This document shows positions 12,851 through 25,566 of a DNA stretch of 64,000 nucleotides, piece by piece; position 1 is the stretch's first letter, and each line of letters opens with the position of its first letter. Below the pieces are notes generated by a model. That model saw nothing but the letters and a program-made list of their open reading frames with translations, did no database searches and had not been told where the DNA came from. Source of the stretch: Azolla caroliniana. Lineage: Eukaryota > Plantae > Polypodiophyta. The position numbers were made by a program, and so were the translations under genes. The DNA lies in NCBI GenBank assembly GCA_043228905.1, contig JBHGNT010000002.1:9362001-9426000 (forward strand), written 5' to 3'.

Positions 12851-15800
12851 GTAAATATGTCATGAGGAAGCCCAATGAGGCTATCTATGTAAATAGCCCT
12901 AAGTTCATATAAGTATAAATATGACTTAGGGCAATCACTTTAGGTGTAGATTGTGTTCGTTGGATATTGTTGTAACTGTTGTATATATATATATATATAG
13001 AGAGAGAGAGTGCGAGAATAGCTACGAGCACTCTCTATTGTAACCGCCGCCCGACGAAGATTGAGAGCACGAGGTCGTTGCCTCTGTGCCTCCACCTTGT
13101 ATTTTTTCCTCTCTTCATAGTGATAGATCGGAGTCTGTTGGCTCCCGTGGTTTTTCCCTATTATGGTTTTCCATGTAAACATCCTGTGTACTCTCCTCCT
13201 TTCTCATTTCTATGTTCAACACTCGGTTGTGGCCGAGCCATATTCCGTGTATTTCTCATCAACCAAGCCCCCGAGGCAAATGTTTACTATTTCATCCTCC
13301 TTGATGGTCACGTTGATGGAGGCAAGAGAGTTGTAGATCTCCTTGATCCGAGCCATGTAATCATCCTCTGACATGCGTTGCTGCCGGATTTTGCTCAACA
13401 CCTGTATGAGTTGCAGCTTCCGGGCCGTGGTGCTTATGGCGAAAACCTTTTTCAGGTTCATCGAAGCTACCTTGAGCGTCTTGGCATCCCGGATATGGCT
13501 GAGCAGTTGATCACCGACACCAGATGCGAAGTAGTACATTACCTTGATTGCCGCTTGTTCCCAAGCCAGAAAGTCCCTGTGTGCCATAGCCGGTGTGTCA
13601 TCGTTAGCTACGTCGACATAATTCGAGTATCCATGTCCGAGCATGTACTGGTGCATCTTGTACGACCAAGATGCATAGTTGCTTCTATTGAGCTCCTCTG
13701 TTGGAAGAGAGCTAGTCATTCCTCTGTCCACTTCTCTTCTTGTCTATTCTTACCAGATGTTAGGTTTTGGTTTGTGTCAAAAGCTCTTGTCAAGAGTAGA
13801 GGATATTCTAACCCTCGCGCTCTGATACCATGTAAAAGTTAAGATGCAGAAGTGTGTACATAACTGGCTCACCCGGATTGTAACAGAAAAAACAAAAACG
13901 AAGTGAGTTTGAGGGGGAGTGTTGAGAGACAAGGTCAACATCGGCCGGATCGGCTAAGCAAGCCGAGGGCCAGTTCGGTTGGCACCGATCGGTTAGGCCG
14001 GATCGGTGCAGAAACCGTGAGGCCATCGGAAAGATATTCCGCAAGGAATATATTTGGGAGTTAGTGTAGGGGCTCCTTAATGAGCATTGAAGTATTGTCA
14101 GTACTTCTGTTAGTTCGGAAAGGACTTGTATAAAAGTGTTCATTGAACCCACACGATGTAAAGATCAAGTATTATTTCTGAATTGAGTTCTCGTGTTTAC
14201 TTTCTCTCTGTCTCTCCCGTGCGTATTGTGCAAACCTAAGCTTTCCATTAAACTTGCGTTTTCTGTTGTTCAGTTTCCTATATTGCTTCCGCACGCCATT
14301 CTTTTCATGGTATCAAACCGCGAGGGTTGAGAACCTCTATAGTCGACTTTGCTTGAAGGAAAAACCAACGAAGAAGAACAAGAAAACTGATGGACAGAGG
14401 AATGGCTAGCTCGCTTCCGATCGAGAAGCTTGACAGAACCAACTACGCATCTTGGTCTTACAAGATGCACCAGTACCTGCTTGGGCACGGTTACTGGAGC
14501 TCTGTCGAAGGAGAAAATGACGCGGCACCCGAATCAACACACAAAGACTTCTCAACGTTGGAACCATCGGCGAGAAGAGTGTTGTATTGTTTCGCGACTT
14601 GTGTGGGTGAACAACTATTAAGCTACGTTCGGGATGCAAAAATGCCGAAGGGTGTGTGGGAAAATCTGAAGAAGATCTTCGCAGCGAGCACCACAACTAG
14701 GAGGCTTCAACTCCGATAGGTGTTGAGCAACCTAGGACAACGCGATTTGTTAGTGGTTGACTATACCTTAGCTTCCATCCATGTGAACATCGAGGAAAGC
14801 GAGATAGTCCAGGTCTGTCTCGGGGGTTTGGCGTCGAAGTTCAGGGCATTCCGAACTGCTGTGTGTACCTAGGAGAATAGGCCGTCCTTTTTCGACTTAT
14901 AGTCAATGCTCCTAGTAGAGGAGAACCACGCAGGTGCGTTAACGAGCACACACACCGATAGCAAGATGTTGTACACGAAGGGAGATAGGCCCCGTGGACG
15001 TGGAGGATGAGGCAAGTCGGTGTGCAATGGAGGCGGCCAACGAGATCAAGGAAGGAGGCACCGAAATGATGCTGACAACAATTTCGGACCCTCCGGAAAT
15101 AGGGGGAGTCGAGGCGATGAGAACTGGCAAGGGAAACCCACCGCGGAATGCTGGTACTGTGGCAAGAAAGGCCACAGGGAGAGCCAATGCTGGAAAAAGC
15201 GTGCCAAGTCGGAGAGGACAGGTTCCGGATCTGGTTCCGAACATACCGACAAAGGAAACCGGCAACTATCGCACTACGCCGAAGGATTCGGAAAAGCCGG
15301 AAAAGGGTTTGCCTTCGTGATGAGACACCAAGCAAACTCAATGAAGCAGACCACCCCGAAATCGGACGAGGTGTGGTACGTCAGCTTCGGCGTGTCAAAT
15401 CACATGACGAGCCATAAGGAGTGGTTCTCGTACTTAGAAAAACCGATGCAACCGGGAGTAGTCATAACCAGAGACAATACTCCGCATCCCATCGCAAATG
15501 TTGGTGAAGTTCCCTTGAGCCATGTCGGGCAGAAAGGGAAACTTATGAACGTGCTACACGTCCTAATAATCACGAAGAATTTGGTGTCGGTCGGGCAGAT
15601 CGTCGACCAGGGGATGCAAGTCCGGTTCACGCAACTGGGGTGCTTCATTGAGGAAGAAGGTCGTGTTATTGCCCAAGGGCGCAGAGATGGGAGGATGAGC
15701 ATCCTCAACTCTACTGACGGTGGCACCGCAATGTTCGCGAAGGGACAAAAAGTCGAGTCGGATATCGACTTATGGCACAAGCGGATAGGCCACGTCAACT

Positions 15801-17965
15801 ACCAACGGCTTTAAGACCTGCAATCGAAACAAGTGGTGTTCGGATTGCCCAAATTTAGTGGACGGAAGGCACAAATTTGTGAAGCCCGCCATCGTGGGAA
15901 GCAACACCGACTTCCTTTCCCCAACGAGCGTAACCGGAGCTGGAACAAGCTCGACTTGATACACTCCGATGTGTGGGGTCCGGCACAAAACGTTAGTCTT
16001 GGCGGGAGCCGATATTTCGTCTCCTTCATCGACGACTACACGCGGCACACGTGGATCTACCTCATTGAGAGGAAGAGTGAAGTCTTCGACTGTTTCCAAG
16101 ACCTCAAAGGGTTCGTGGAAACGAAAACAGGAAGAAAGATCAGGTGCCTGCGGTCGGATGGCGGAAAAGAGTACTTTTCCGGTCAATTTAACGGATATCT
16201 ACAACAGATGGGAATTCAACGCGAATTCAGTTGTAGATACACGCCGGAGCAAAACAGCGTGGCCGAGAGGAAAAAGCGGTCGGTTGTGGAAGCGGCACGG
16301 GAAATGCTGGAGGAGAAGAGCCTGCCCAAGTTCTATTGGGCCGAGGCGGTAAGGACCGCGGTATACATCCAAAATCGGATCGGAGACAAAGTGTCGGTGC
16401 ACGAGCTATATTTCGGAACGAAGCTGAACTTGCGACACTTACAACTTTTCGGTAGCATTGCGTATGTGCATGTGCCAAAGGAGAAACGAAGGAAGTTGAA
16501 CGCAAAGGCCGAGAAATGTATCTTGGTCGATTACTTGGACAAGCATAAGGGTTATAAGTGTTATAACCCGCGCACCAAACAAGCGCGCGTGAGCCGCGAC
16601 GTTGTGTTTGATTAGTCCGCGTCCTGGTACTTGTCTCCGACTCCGGATCTCAACTCCAATACGAGTTCTGATCAGGAGGTCAGCGAGGCCTAGATGCCTC
16701 CAGATGAGCCTGAAATTGGGACCCGCGAAAAGAGTCCGATTTTGTTTCGGTTAAGTGGACCGAATGGATGACTGAGTCGGTTCGACCAATCCGATGAAGA
16801 GCCGGCGAGTAGTGGAGACTCAGCCGTGCATTCCCCGGGCAGGAAGCCAAGGAGACGGCTTACACGCAAAGAGAAAGGGAAGAAGAAGGTGTTGGATTCC
16901 GGCACGGATAGGAACGAATCAGACCGACGCGAGACCGACTCTAAGGGAAGCGGTGATGGGTCTTCAAGAGCAAAGTCCGCGTCGGCCGAGAAGACCTCGA
17001 CATCGGCTAATGACTGATTACGCCAATCTACCCGCCAGAAGAACCCAGTTGTGCGGTTTAGATACAACAAGTACATGGCGTATCATTATGCGTACATGAC
17101 CCATGTAGCGGAAGTGCGTGAGCCTGAGAACCACATAGAAGCGGCTAAGGACGCAAATTGGCACGCCGCGATGAAGGAAGAGATACATGCATTGGTGGAA
17201 AATGCATCCTGGGACCTGGTTGACGTACCGAAAGGTGTGAAGCCGATCAGATGTAGGTGGGTGTACAAGGTCAAGTATAACACTGATGCTTCAGTCAACC
17301 GATACAAGGCCCGGTTAGTAGCAAAAGGCTATGCGCAGAAACACGACATCGACTATGATGAGACGTGTGCGCCGGTCGCGAAGATGACGACCGTCCGTGT
17401 TTTGCTCGCGGTAGCTACGACAAAGGGGTGGCACTTACATCAGATGGATGTAAAGAATGCGTTCCTGCAAGGTGAGCTTGAGGAACAGGTGTACATGGTA
17501 CAATCTTGTCGAGAACTTGTCGTTCCTTATGTCCAACGCTCGGCCACAACCGAGATTCTTTTCATACATAGAAAACGGGAAATAGAACACGACACAAAGA
17601 GGAGAAATGGTACACAAAAGGTTAACGTGGAAAAACCCCAAACCAGGGGAAAAAACCACGGCAGCCCACAGGTTGCAAACTGTCACTATATAGGAATATA
17701 CAACAGTGAGTTCACTGAGGCAACGACCTCGTGCTCACAGATCTTCGCCACAGGCGGCGGTTACAACAGAGGCAACAACCTCGTCTCTCTCTCTCTCTCT
17801 TTGTACAGTTACGCACTCTCTCTTCTTCTTGCACCAACAAGGAAGAATAACGACAACAACTATTAGTTTTCCCTAAGTCATATTTATACCAATATGACTT
17901 TTCGGCTATTTACAAATATAGCCTCGATGGGCTCTCAGAAACATATTTACGAATATGTCTCTTCC

Positions 17966-18265
17966 TCCGGTTCATACGGGGCCTGCACCATCCGGCTCTC
18001 CGTAGCCGGGTACTCCTCATCCGGTTCATATGGGGCCTGCACCATCCGGCTCTCCGTAGCCAGGTACTCCTCATCCGGTTCATACCGGGTCTGCACCATC
18101 CGGCTCTCCGTAGTCGGGTACTCCTCATCCGGTTCATACCGGGCCTGCACCATCCGGCTCTCCGTAGCCGGGTACTCCGCATCCGGTTCATACTGGGCCT
18201 GCACCATCCGGCTCTCCGTAGCCGGGTACTCCTCATCCGGTTCATACCGGGCCTGCACCATCCGG
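17966..18265. repeat. 54-bp tandem repeat (about 5.5 copies) in the U3 region of the CoD 3' LTR
   Basis: Unit TCCGGTTCATACCGGGCCTGCACCATCCGGCTCTCCGTAGCCGGGTACTCCTCA; gives the 18-aa periodic ORFs; fewer copies at 22795-22885 and 23323-23460. Confidence 0.95.
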
Positions 18266-18294
18266 AGGGACCTGTTTCCCAACAAACTCCCCCT

Positions 18295-21200
18295 TCACTC
18301 CGGCATGGGGTGTATTACCAACCCGATCTTCTTCCGGCATGCGTCCAGCTTGTCGGGTGTCAGCACTTTGTTCAGCATATCTGACCCGTTCTCGGCCATG
18401 TGGATGTTCGTCAGTGCGAACTCCTGGTCATCTACTCTTTCCCGGATCTAGTGATACCTCCGCTGGATATGCTTCGTCTGGGAATGGTAGGCCACATTCT
18501 TAGCAAGGTGGATGGCACTTTGACTGTCGTAGTAGAGTCAGTATTCCTCTTGCCGGATACCGAGCTCTCTGATGAAGTCCTTCATCCATAATATTTCCTT
18601 GCCGGCTTCCACAGCCGCCATGTACTCCGCCTCTGTGGTTGACAATGCAACCGTCTTCTGCAGCCTCGACTGCCACGAAACAGCTCCCCCTGCATATGTC
18701 ATCACATACCCGGATGTAGACCGGCTGGTATCCACATCAGCCGACATGTCCGAATCGGTGAAACCATCTAGTTGAGGTTTTCCGGAGCCGAATCGGAGAC
18801 ACATATTTGAAGTGCCCTTCAAATACCGGAGTATCCATTTGACCGCGTTCCAATGCTCCTTGCCGGGATTACTCATGAACCGGTCGGGTACACACCATAG
18901 CGTACATCAAGCTCCCGACGGCAGAGGCATATGGAATCTTTATCATATGCGCCTTCTCTGCTTTTGTCTTCGGGCTTTGCTTGCCGGATAGCCTGCAGTT
19001 TGCTAGAAGTGTCGATCCGACCGGTTTCGCTTCTGACATGTTGAACCGGTGAAGCACCTTTGTCACATACTTCTCCTGTGATAGCCATAGTTGCTTCTTT
19101 AACCGGTCCCGAATGATGTGCATCCCCAACATCTGTCTTGCCGGACCCAAGTCTTTCATTGAGAAGGTCCGGTTGAGAGCCTTCTTTAGCATCCGTATTT
19201 TGACTTGGTCACGTCCGACGATCAACATGTCATCCACGTATAGGAGGAGTATCAGGAAGTCCCCTCCTTCGAACCTCTTCACAAACACGCAGTGATCGGC
19301 CTGCGTCTTGTGGTACCCTTGATCTGTCATGAAGGAGTCGAACTTCCGGTACCATTGCCGGGGAGCCTGCTTCAATCCGTACAGGCTCTTCTTCAACCGG
19401 CATACCAGGTGCTCCTTCCCTTTCTCCACAAATCCTTCCGGTTGCTGCATGTAGATCTCCTCTTCGAGGTCGCCGTGAAGGAATGCCGTCTTCACGTCCA
19501 GCTGTTCTACCTCGAGGTCCATGCTTGCTGCTATACTCAGCACCGTCCGGATGGAGTTCATCTTTACTACCGGGGCAAATATCTCGTCGAAGTCCACGCC
19601 CTTCTTCTGCTGGAACCCCTTCACCACGATCCTGGCTTTGTATCTCGGGGGGTTGCCGGCATCTCCCAGTTTCAACTTGTACACCCACTTATTTCGGAGT
19701 GCCCGCTTTCCTTTCGGCAACTCCACTAATTCGTATGTATGGTTCTCATGCAGGGAATCCATCTCGTCCTGCATGGCACTTAACCATTTTTGTCTGTGGG
19801 TGTCATCCTTCGCTTCTTCGAAGCTTTCCGGCTCCCCCTCATCGGTCAGCAAAACATGCTTTGCATTCGGAAATCTCCGGAGGGCCCTTTTCTCTCTGAG
19901 AGGATATCTACGTCTTCGGGCTTCGGTAACCGGCTCCTCCATTTGCTCTTCATCTGAATTGGATTCGAGGTCTTGGCCGGTTCCGGTCTCAGCTTCCTCT
20001 ACTTCTTCTTCTGCTGGTTCGGTATCCTCACCGTAACCGGCTGGTTCCTCGAGTGCTAACCGGTCTCTTGCCGGTTGGGTCTGCTCATCGTAGAGTCTAT
20101 CCTTACCGGTCGACTCAGAGTTCATTATCTTCTTCTCCGACTCCCAGTCGGCGAGTGTCTTGTCCTCCATGAAGACAATATCTCGACTCCGGAATACCTT
20201 CTTGTCAACCAGGTCCCACACTCGGTAACCGAACTCATCGTCACCGTAACCAAGGAATATGCATGGCCGGGTCTTTGGATCTAGCTTTCCTCTCCGGTCC
20301 TTAGCTACATGCACATACGCGAGACACCCGAACACCTTCCGATGCCGGTAGGATACTTCCTTACCGGTCCACACTCTCTGTGGCGTGTCTCCGTCCAAGG
20401 GTACTGAGGGTGATCTATTTATCATGTATGTCGCCGTCAACAGTGCCTCAGCCCAAAACTTCTTGGGTAGTTTTGCATGCGCTAGCATACTCCGGACCCT
20501 CTCCATTATGGTCCGGTTCATCCTCTCGGCCAGTCCGTTTAGTTCAGGCATCTTCGGCACGGTAAATTCGAGCCGGATTCCCTTCGAGCGGCAGTACTCC
20601 TCGAACTGCCCCCAATATTCTCCTCCGTTGTTTGCTCGAACTGCCTTCAGCTTCCGGCCGGTTTCTCTTTCCACTCTCGCGTGGAGCTCTTTGAAGACGG
20701 ATAACACCTAATCCTTCGTCTTCAGCGGTGTGGCCCACAGCTTCCGGCTGTGGTCATCTATGAACGTCACAAAGTACTGCGCTTCAGCATGTGACTTCGT
20801 GTCTACTTGACACACATCCGTATGCACCAACTCCAGTGGTGCATTACGTCTCATCGGTGGCCTTGGTCGGAAGGAGGTCCAGTTCTGCTTACCGGCCAGA
20901 CAATCAGTGCACTTCTCTAAGTGCACGTTCTTCACTGGAATGAGGTTGTCGTCTGCAAGCCTCTTTATCCCCTTCTTGCTCATATGACACAGCCTCTTGT
21001 GCCACAGCTCACCGGCAGTGTCGGATGCCACGTTCACTTCTTCCGGACATAACCGGGCATTCATCAGGTACAATGTGTTGACCTTTCGGGCCCAAGCCAC
21101 AATCAGGCTCCCTTTGCTGAACTTCATGACACCGTTCCGGATTCTACCCGTGTAGCCTTCATCATCTAGCCGACCGGCTGATATCAGGTTCAGACGAACT

Positions 21201-22309
21201 TCCGGAACGTGTCGGACATCCTTCAACAGCAACTTGCATCTGGTTGGTGTTGTTAGCCACATGTCTCCTATGCCGATAATTCGGCATGTACCTTCATTCC
21301 CCATCCGGACACAGCCGTGGTCACCGGCTGAGTAGGATGAGAAGAATTTCCGGTCCGGGGTAAGGTGGAACGACGCTCCAGAGTCTACCACCCAGGTCAT
21401 CTCGTCGCCGGCAAGGTTTATTTCACTCTCCTCGGTGATGAGCATCAACTCCTCTTCACTTGCCGCGATTGCCGTCGTTCCCTTTCGGTCCGGCCCCCTC
21501 CGGTCTTTACCGTTCCGGTCCGGGGTTTGCTTCGAATCGGTACCATCGGTTTCCTTGTCTTTACGGAAATGCCGACAGTTCTTTTGGAAGTGTCCCGGCT
21601 TGCCGCAATAGAAGCAAGTAGGCCTCCCCCTTGACTTTGACCGTGTCCCCGACTTCTCCCGGTTCTGGGGACTACGGTTTCTATGTCTTCCGCGTTCCGA
21701 TTCGGTAAGAAGCGCTTTGGAGTCGGAGCTCGTATCTTTGTCTTTCCGACGCGTCTCCTCATCTAGCAAGCTTGACTTTACTCTTGCTAGGGATAACCGT
21801 TTTCCTTCCGGCCCGGCGATGCCCAAAGTGACAACCAACGTCTTCCAGCTATCCGGGAGGGAACCGAGCAGGAGTAGCGCTAATACCTCATCGGCAAGAG
21901 GTACTTCCAATGACTTTGCCTGGTGTATCAGCCCCTAGAAGGCATTCATATGCTCCGCCATGCTGGAGCCATCTTGGTACCGGAGTCTTACTAGCTTCCG
22001 GAATACCGAAACCTGATTAACAACATTTTTGTTTTGAAACATTATGCTGATCTTCTCCCAGAGCTCATGAGCCTTGCTCTCTTCATTGAAGTTGTTGTAC
22101 AGGCTCATGTCGATGAAGCACCGTATGTACGCCGTTGTCTTCATGTGCATCACCTCCCATATCGCGGCGTCGATTTTGTTCGGTCTCTTGTCCCCGAACT
22201 GAACCGGCAGCCAAAGGTCTTTAACAACGAGCATGTCCCTCATCTTCGACTTCCATACTGAATAGTTGGAGCCGGTGAGCTTGAACATGCCGCCAAATGA
22301 TTCGTCCAT
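18295..22309 (-). pseudogene. CoD gag-pol polyprotein pseudogene
   Basis: ATG at 22309 (MDESFGGMFKL); CFYCGKPGH, WVVDSGAS, ELVHTDVC, LDVKTAFLHG, YVDD; stops at ~21935, ~20708 and ~18538, and a deletion/frameshift at ~18870. Confidence 0.9.
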
Positions 22310-25300
22310 TTTCTGTGTCGATTTCGCTCTGATACCACTTGTCGAGAACTTGTCGTTCCTTATGTCCAACGCTCGGCCACAACCGAGATTCTTTTCATAC
22401 ATAGAAAACGGGAAATAGAACACGACACAAAGAGGAGAAATGGTACACAGGAGGTTAACGTGGAAAAACCCCAAACCAGGGGAAAAAACCACGGCAGCCC
22501 GCAGGCTGCAAACTGTCACTATGTAGGAATATACAACAGTGAGTTCACAGAGGCAACGACCTCGTGCTCACAGATCTTCGCCACAGGCGACGGTTACAAC
22601 AGAGGCAACGACCTCGTCTCTCTCTCTCTCTGTACAGTTACGCACTCTCTCTTCTCCTTGCACCAACAAGGAAGAATAACGACAACAACTATTAGTTTGC
22701 CCTAAGTCATATTTATACTAATATGACTTTTCGGCTATTTACAAATATAGCCTCGATGGGCTCTCAGAAACATATTTACGAATATGTCTCTTCCTCCGGT
22801 TCATACCAGGCCTGCACCATCCGGCTCTCCGTAGTCGGGTACTCCTCATCCGGTTCATACCGGGCCTGCACCATCCGACTCTCCATTATGTCCAACACTC
22901 GGCCACAACCGAAATTCTTTTCATACACAGAAAACGGGAAATAAAACATGACATAGAGAAGAGAAATGGTACACAGGAGGTTTAAGTGGAAAACCCCAAA
23001 CTAGGGGAAAAACCACGGCAGCCCATAGGCTGCAAACTGTCACTATGTATGAATGTACAAGACAGTGAGTTCACGGAGGCAACGACCTCGGACTCACGCT
23101 TCTTCGCCATAGGTGGCGGTTACAACAGAGGCAACGACCTCGTCTCTCTCTCTCTCTCTGTACAGTTACGCACTCACTCTTCTTCTTGCACCAACAAGGA
23201 AGAATGACAACAACAACTATTAGTTTGCCTTAAGTCATATTTATACTAATATGACTTTTCGGCTATTTACAAATATAGCCTCGATGGGCTCTCAGAAACA
23301 TATTTACGAATATGTCTCTTCCTCTGGTTCATACCGGGCCTGCACCATCCGGCTCTCCGTAGCCGGGTACTCCTCATCCGGTTCATACCGGGCCTGCACC
23401 ATCCGGCTCTCCGTAGCCGGGTACTCCGCATCCGGTTCATACCGGGCCTGCACCATCCGGAGGGACCTGTTTCCCAACATACAACCCCCCGGATTTCACT
23501 CCGGAACGAACACGTCGGCAGTGTGCCGATTGAAGAAGTCCCTTTACGGACTGAAGCAAGCCCCGCGTGCCTGGAACGCGAAGATCACACAACAATTGCT
23601 TTGGATGGGCTTTGCAACGTCAAAATCGAACTCTACCTTGTTCATTCGGAAAGGTGGACTCAGTCCGGTTAGTATTCTACTATATGTTGATGACTTGGTT
23701 ATCACCGGCGCCGACCTAGGTGAAGTCGACCACGTGAAGCTCCAGCTTGCGGCATCATTCTACATGAAGGATCTGGGGGACCTTCATTACGTCATTACGC
23801 GCTAAATATGCTCTTCAAATTCGGGATGGTAGACTGTAAGTCCGTCTCGACTCCTTTGGATAGAACCATCAAGCTTCGCCCCGAGTCCGGAAAGGTATGC
23901 GACCCGATGAGGTTCCGACAGATGGTCGGCAACCTTATATACTTGACCATCACCCGACCAAATCTCAGCTACATGGTCGGGGTGATTAGTCAGTTCATGG
24001 CGCAACCGACTGAGGAACACCTTTAGTGCACACAACGCGTACTCCAGTACGTCAGTGGCACTAAGGACCGGGCGCTACTATATTGGTCTAATACATCCCC
24101 GCAGTTGGTCGGCTACACCGATGCCGGTTGGGCCGGCAACGTCGCTGATCGCCGATCCACGTCCGGTTTCGCGTTTTGTCTCTGGAGTGTCGCGATCGCA
24201 TGGAGCAGTAAGAAGCAGCCGACAGTTGCACCGTCGAGCACCGAAGCCGAGTATCAAGGAGCGGCTGTCGCGACATGCGAAGCCATATGGTTGAAGCGGC
24301 TACTAAAGGACCTGCAAGAGGAGGTGTCTGATCCGATGACGATCTACTACGACAACCTTAGTAGCATCCAGCTCTCGAAGAACCCCGTTTTCCATGCACG
24401 GACCAAGCACATTGAAGTGCACTACCATTTTGTCCATGAGCGTGTTCTTTCTGGTGAAGTTGAACTTCAGTATGTTCCGATGGATCGGCAAACTGCCGAC
24501 ATCTTCACCAAGCCTCTCGGTCTGGACAAGTTGCGGCAATTCTCGGGTGTGCTTGGGTTGCGTCACCTCGACGAGCCGAACTTGAGGGGGAGAGACGTCC
24601 CGGATGACCACAAAAGGGAGCAGGAAAGGAGCGGAAAAGACCGTGACACCGAGTCAGATGACGAATTCGATGTCGGATCGGTTGAAGAAGCCGAGGGCGG
24701 GTCCGCGGAAGAAAGTAGACATATGGGGAGCAACTGGAAGATAGAGCCAAAGCCAACCAAGCATGGGGGAGATGACGCCGGCAAGGGCGAGAAGACCGAA
24801 GACGAGTTGGAGACAGCCAACTCGGATGAGAGCGAAAACTGATCGGAGGTAACCGAGTCGGTTCAGATGTTTGATTCGGATACACTGAATCAACCGAGGG
24901 CCAAGCGGAAAAGAAGGCAGTAGGAGAAGCGCCAACACCGCGATAGCAAGGGAGTTGTGGAGGGCCGTGGGAGCAGACAAGCCGACCAGAAGGGTCGAAG
25001 CGCGCGGAGTCGAACAGGCCGAGGAGCGTGAGATAGGCGTGGAGCCAGGAGGAACCAGAGCGGTGATCCGGAAGATCCCGAAGAGCCTCAAGTTGAGTTT
25101 GAGGGGGAGTGTTGAGAGACAAGGTCAACATCGGCAGGATCAGCTAAGCAAGCTGAGGACGAGTTCGGTTGGGACCAATCGGTTAGGCCGGATCGGTGCA
25201 AAAACCGTGAGGCCATCGGAAAGATATTCCGCAAGGAATATATTTGGGAGTTAGTGTAGGGGCTCCTTAATGAGCATTGAAGTACTATCAGTACTTCTGT

Positions 25301-25566
25301 CAGTCTGAAAAGGACTTGTATAAAAGTGTTCGTTGAACACACACGATGTACAAATCGAGTATTATTTTTGAATTGAGTTCTCGTGTTTACTTTCTCTCTG
25401 TTTCTCTCGTGCGTACTGTGCAAACCTAAGCTTTCCATTAAACCTGCATTTTTTGTTGTTCGGTTTCCTATATTGCTTCCGCACGCCATTCTTTTCAAGG
25501 ACTATCATACCTGGAAACTTGCTCACACCTCCTTCCATTCTTGCACCTCATGCTCCGATACTAGTT

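Larger units (their letters stand above)
7164..13261 (+). mobile_element. Solo LTR of a Tnt1-like family (7164-7291 plus 12856-13261), split by CoB
   Basis: Starts TGTTGGGAAATCGGTCCC, ends ...CTCATCA; TSD ACCAA at 7159-7163 and 13262-13266; similar to the reverse complement of the LTRs at 17507-18284 and 44111-44910. Confidence 0.85.
3571..13900 (-). mobile_element. Degenerate Copia element 'CoA' (3' end lost, 5' LTR truncated), interrupted by nested insertions at 7164-13261
   Basis: PBS TGGTATCAGAGC at 13830-13819; gag MDRGMTSSLPTEELNRSNYASW (13731), pre-integrase (5460-5870), integrase remnants, RT ILLYVDNL (3876-3571); gag rejoins across the ACCAA TSD. Confidence 0.85.
17507..23479 (-). 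mobile_element. Tnt1/Tork-like Copia 'CoD' with a composite double 5' LTR
   Basis: 3' LTR 17507-18284, PPT GAAGGGGGAGTT; PBS TGGTATCAGAGC at 22337-22326; 5' LTR 22340-~22884 fused to a second LTR copy ~22885-23479; TACAA at 17499-17503 and 23480-23484. Confidence 0.9.
13920..25497 (+). mobile_element. Copia element 'CoC', degenerate, interrupted in RT by CoD
   Basis: 388-bp LTRs 13920-14307 and 25110-25497; PBS TGGTATCAAACC at 14308; PPT TTGAGGGGGAG; gag 14390, zinc knuckle CWYCGKKGH, INT 15833-16615, RT 17051-17503 resuming at 23485, RNase H 24105-24590. Confidence 0.93.

Noticed and set aside
17894-18451. ORFs with 18-aa repeats, and a superficially CRISPR-like periodicity here and at 44580-44845
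   Set aside because: Head-to-tail LTR minisatellites with no unique spacers and no cas genes; eukaryotic context.
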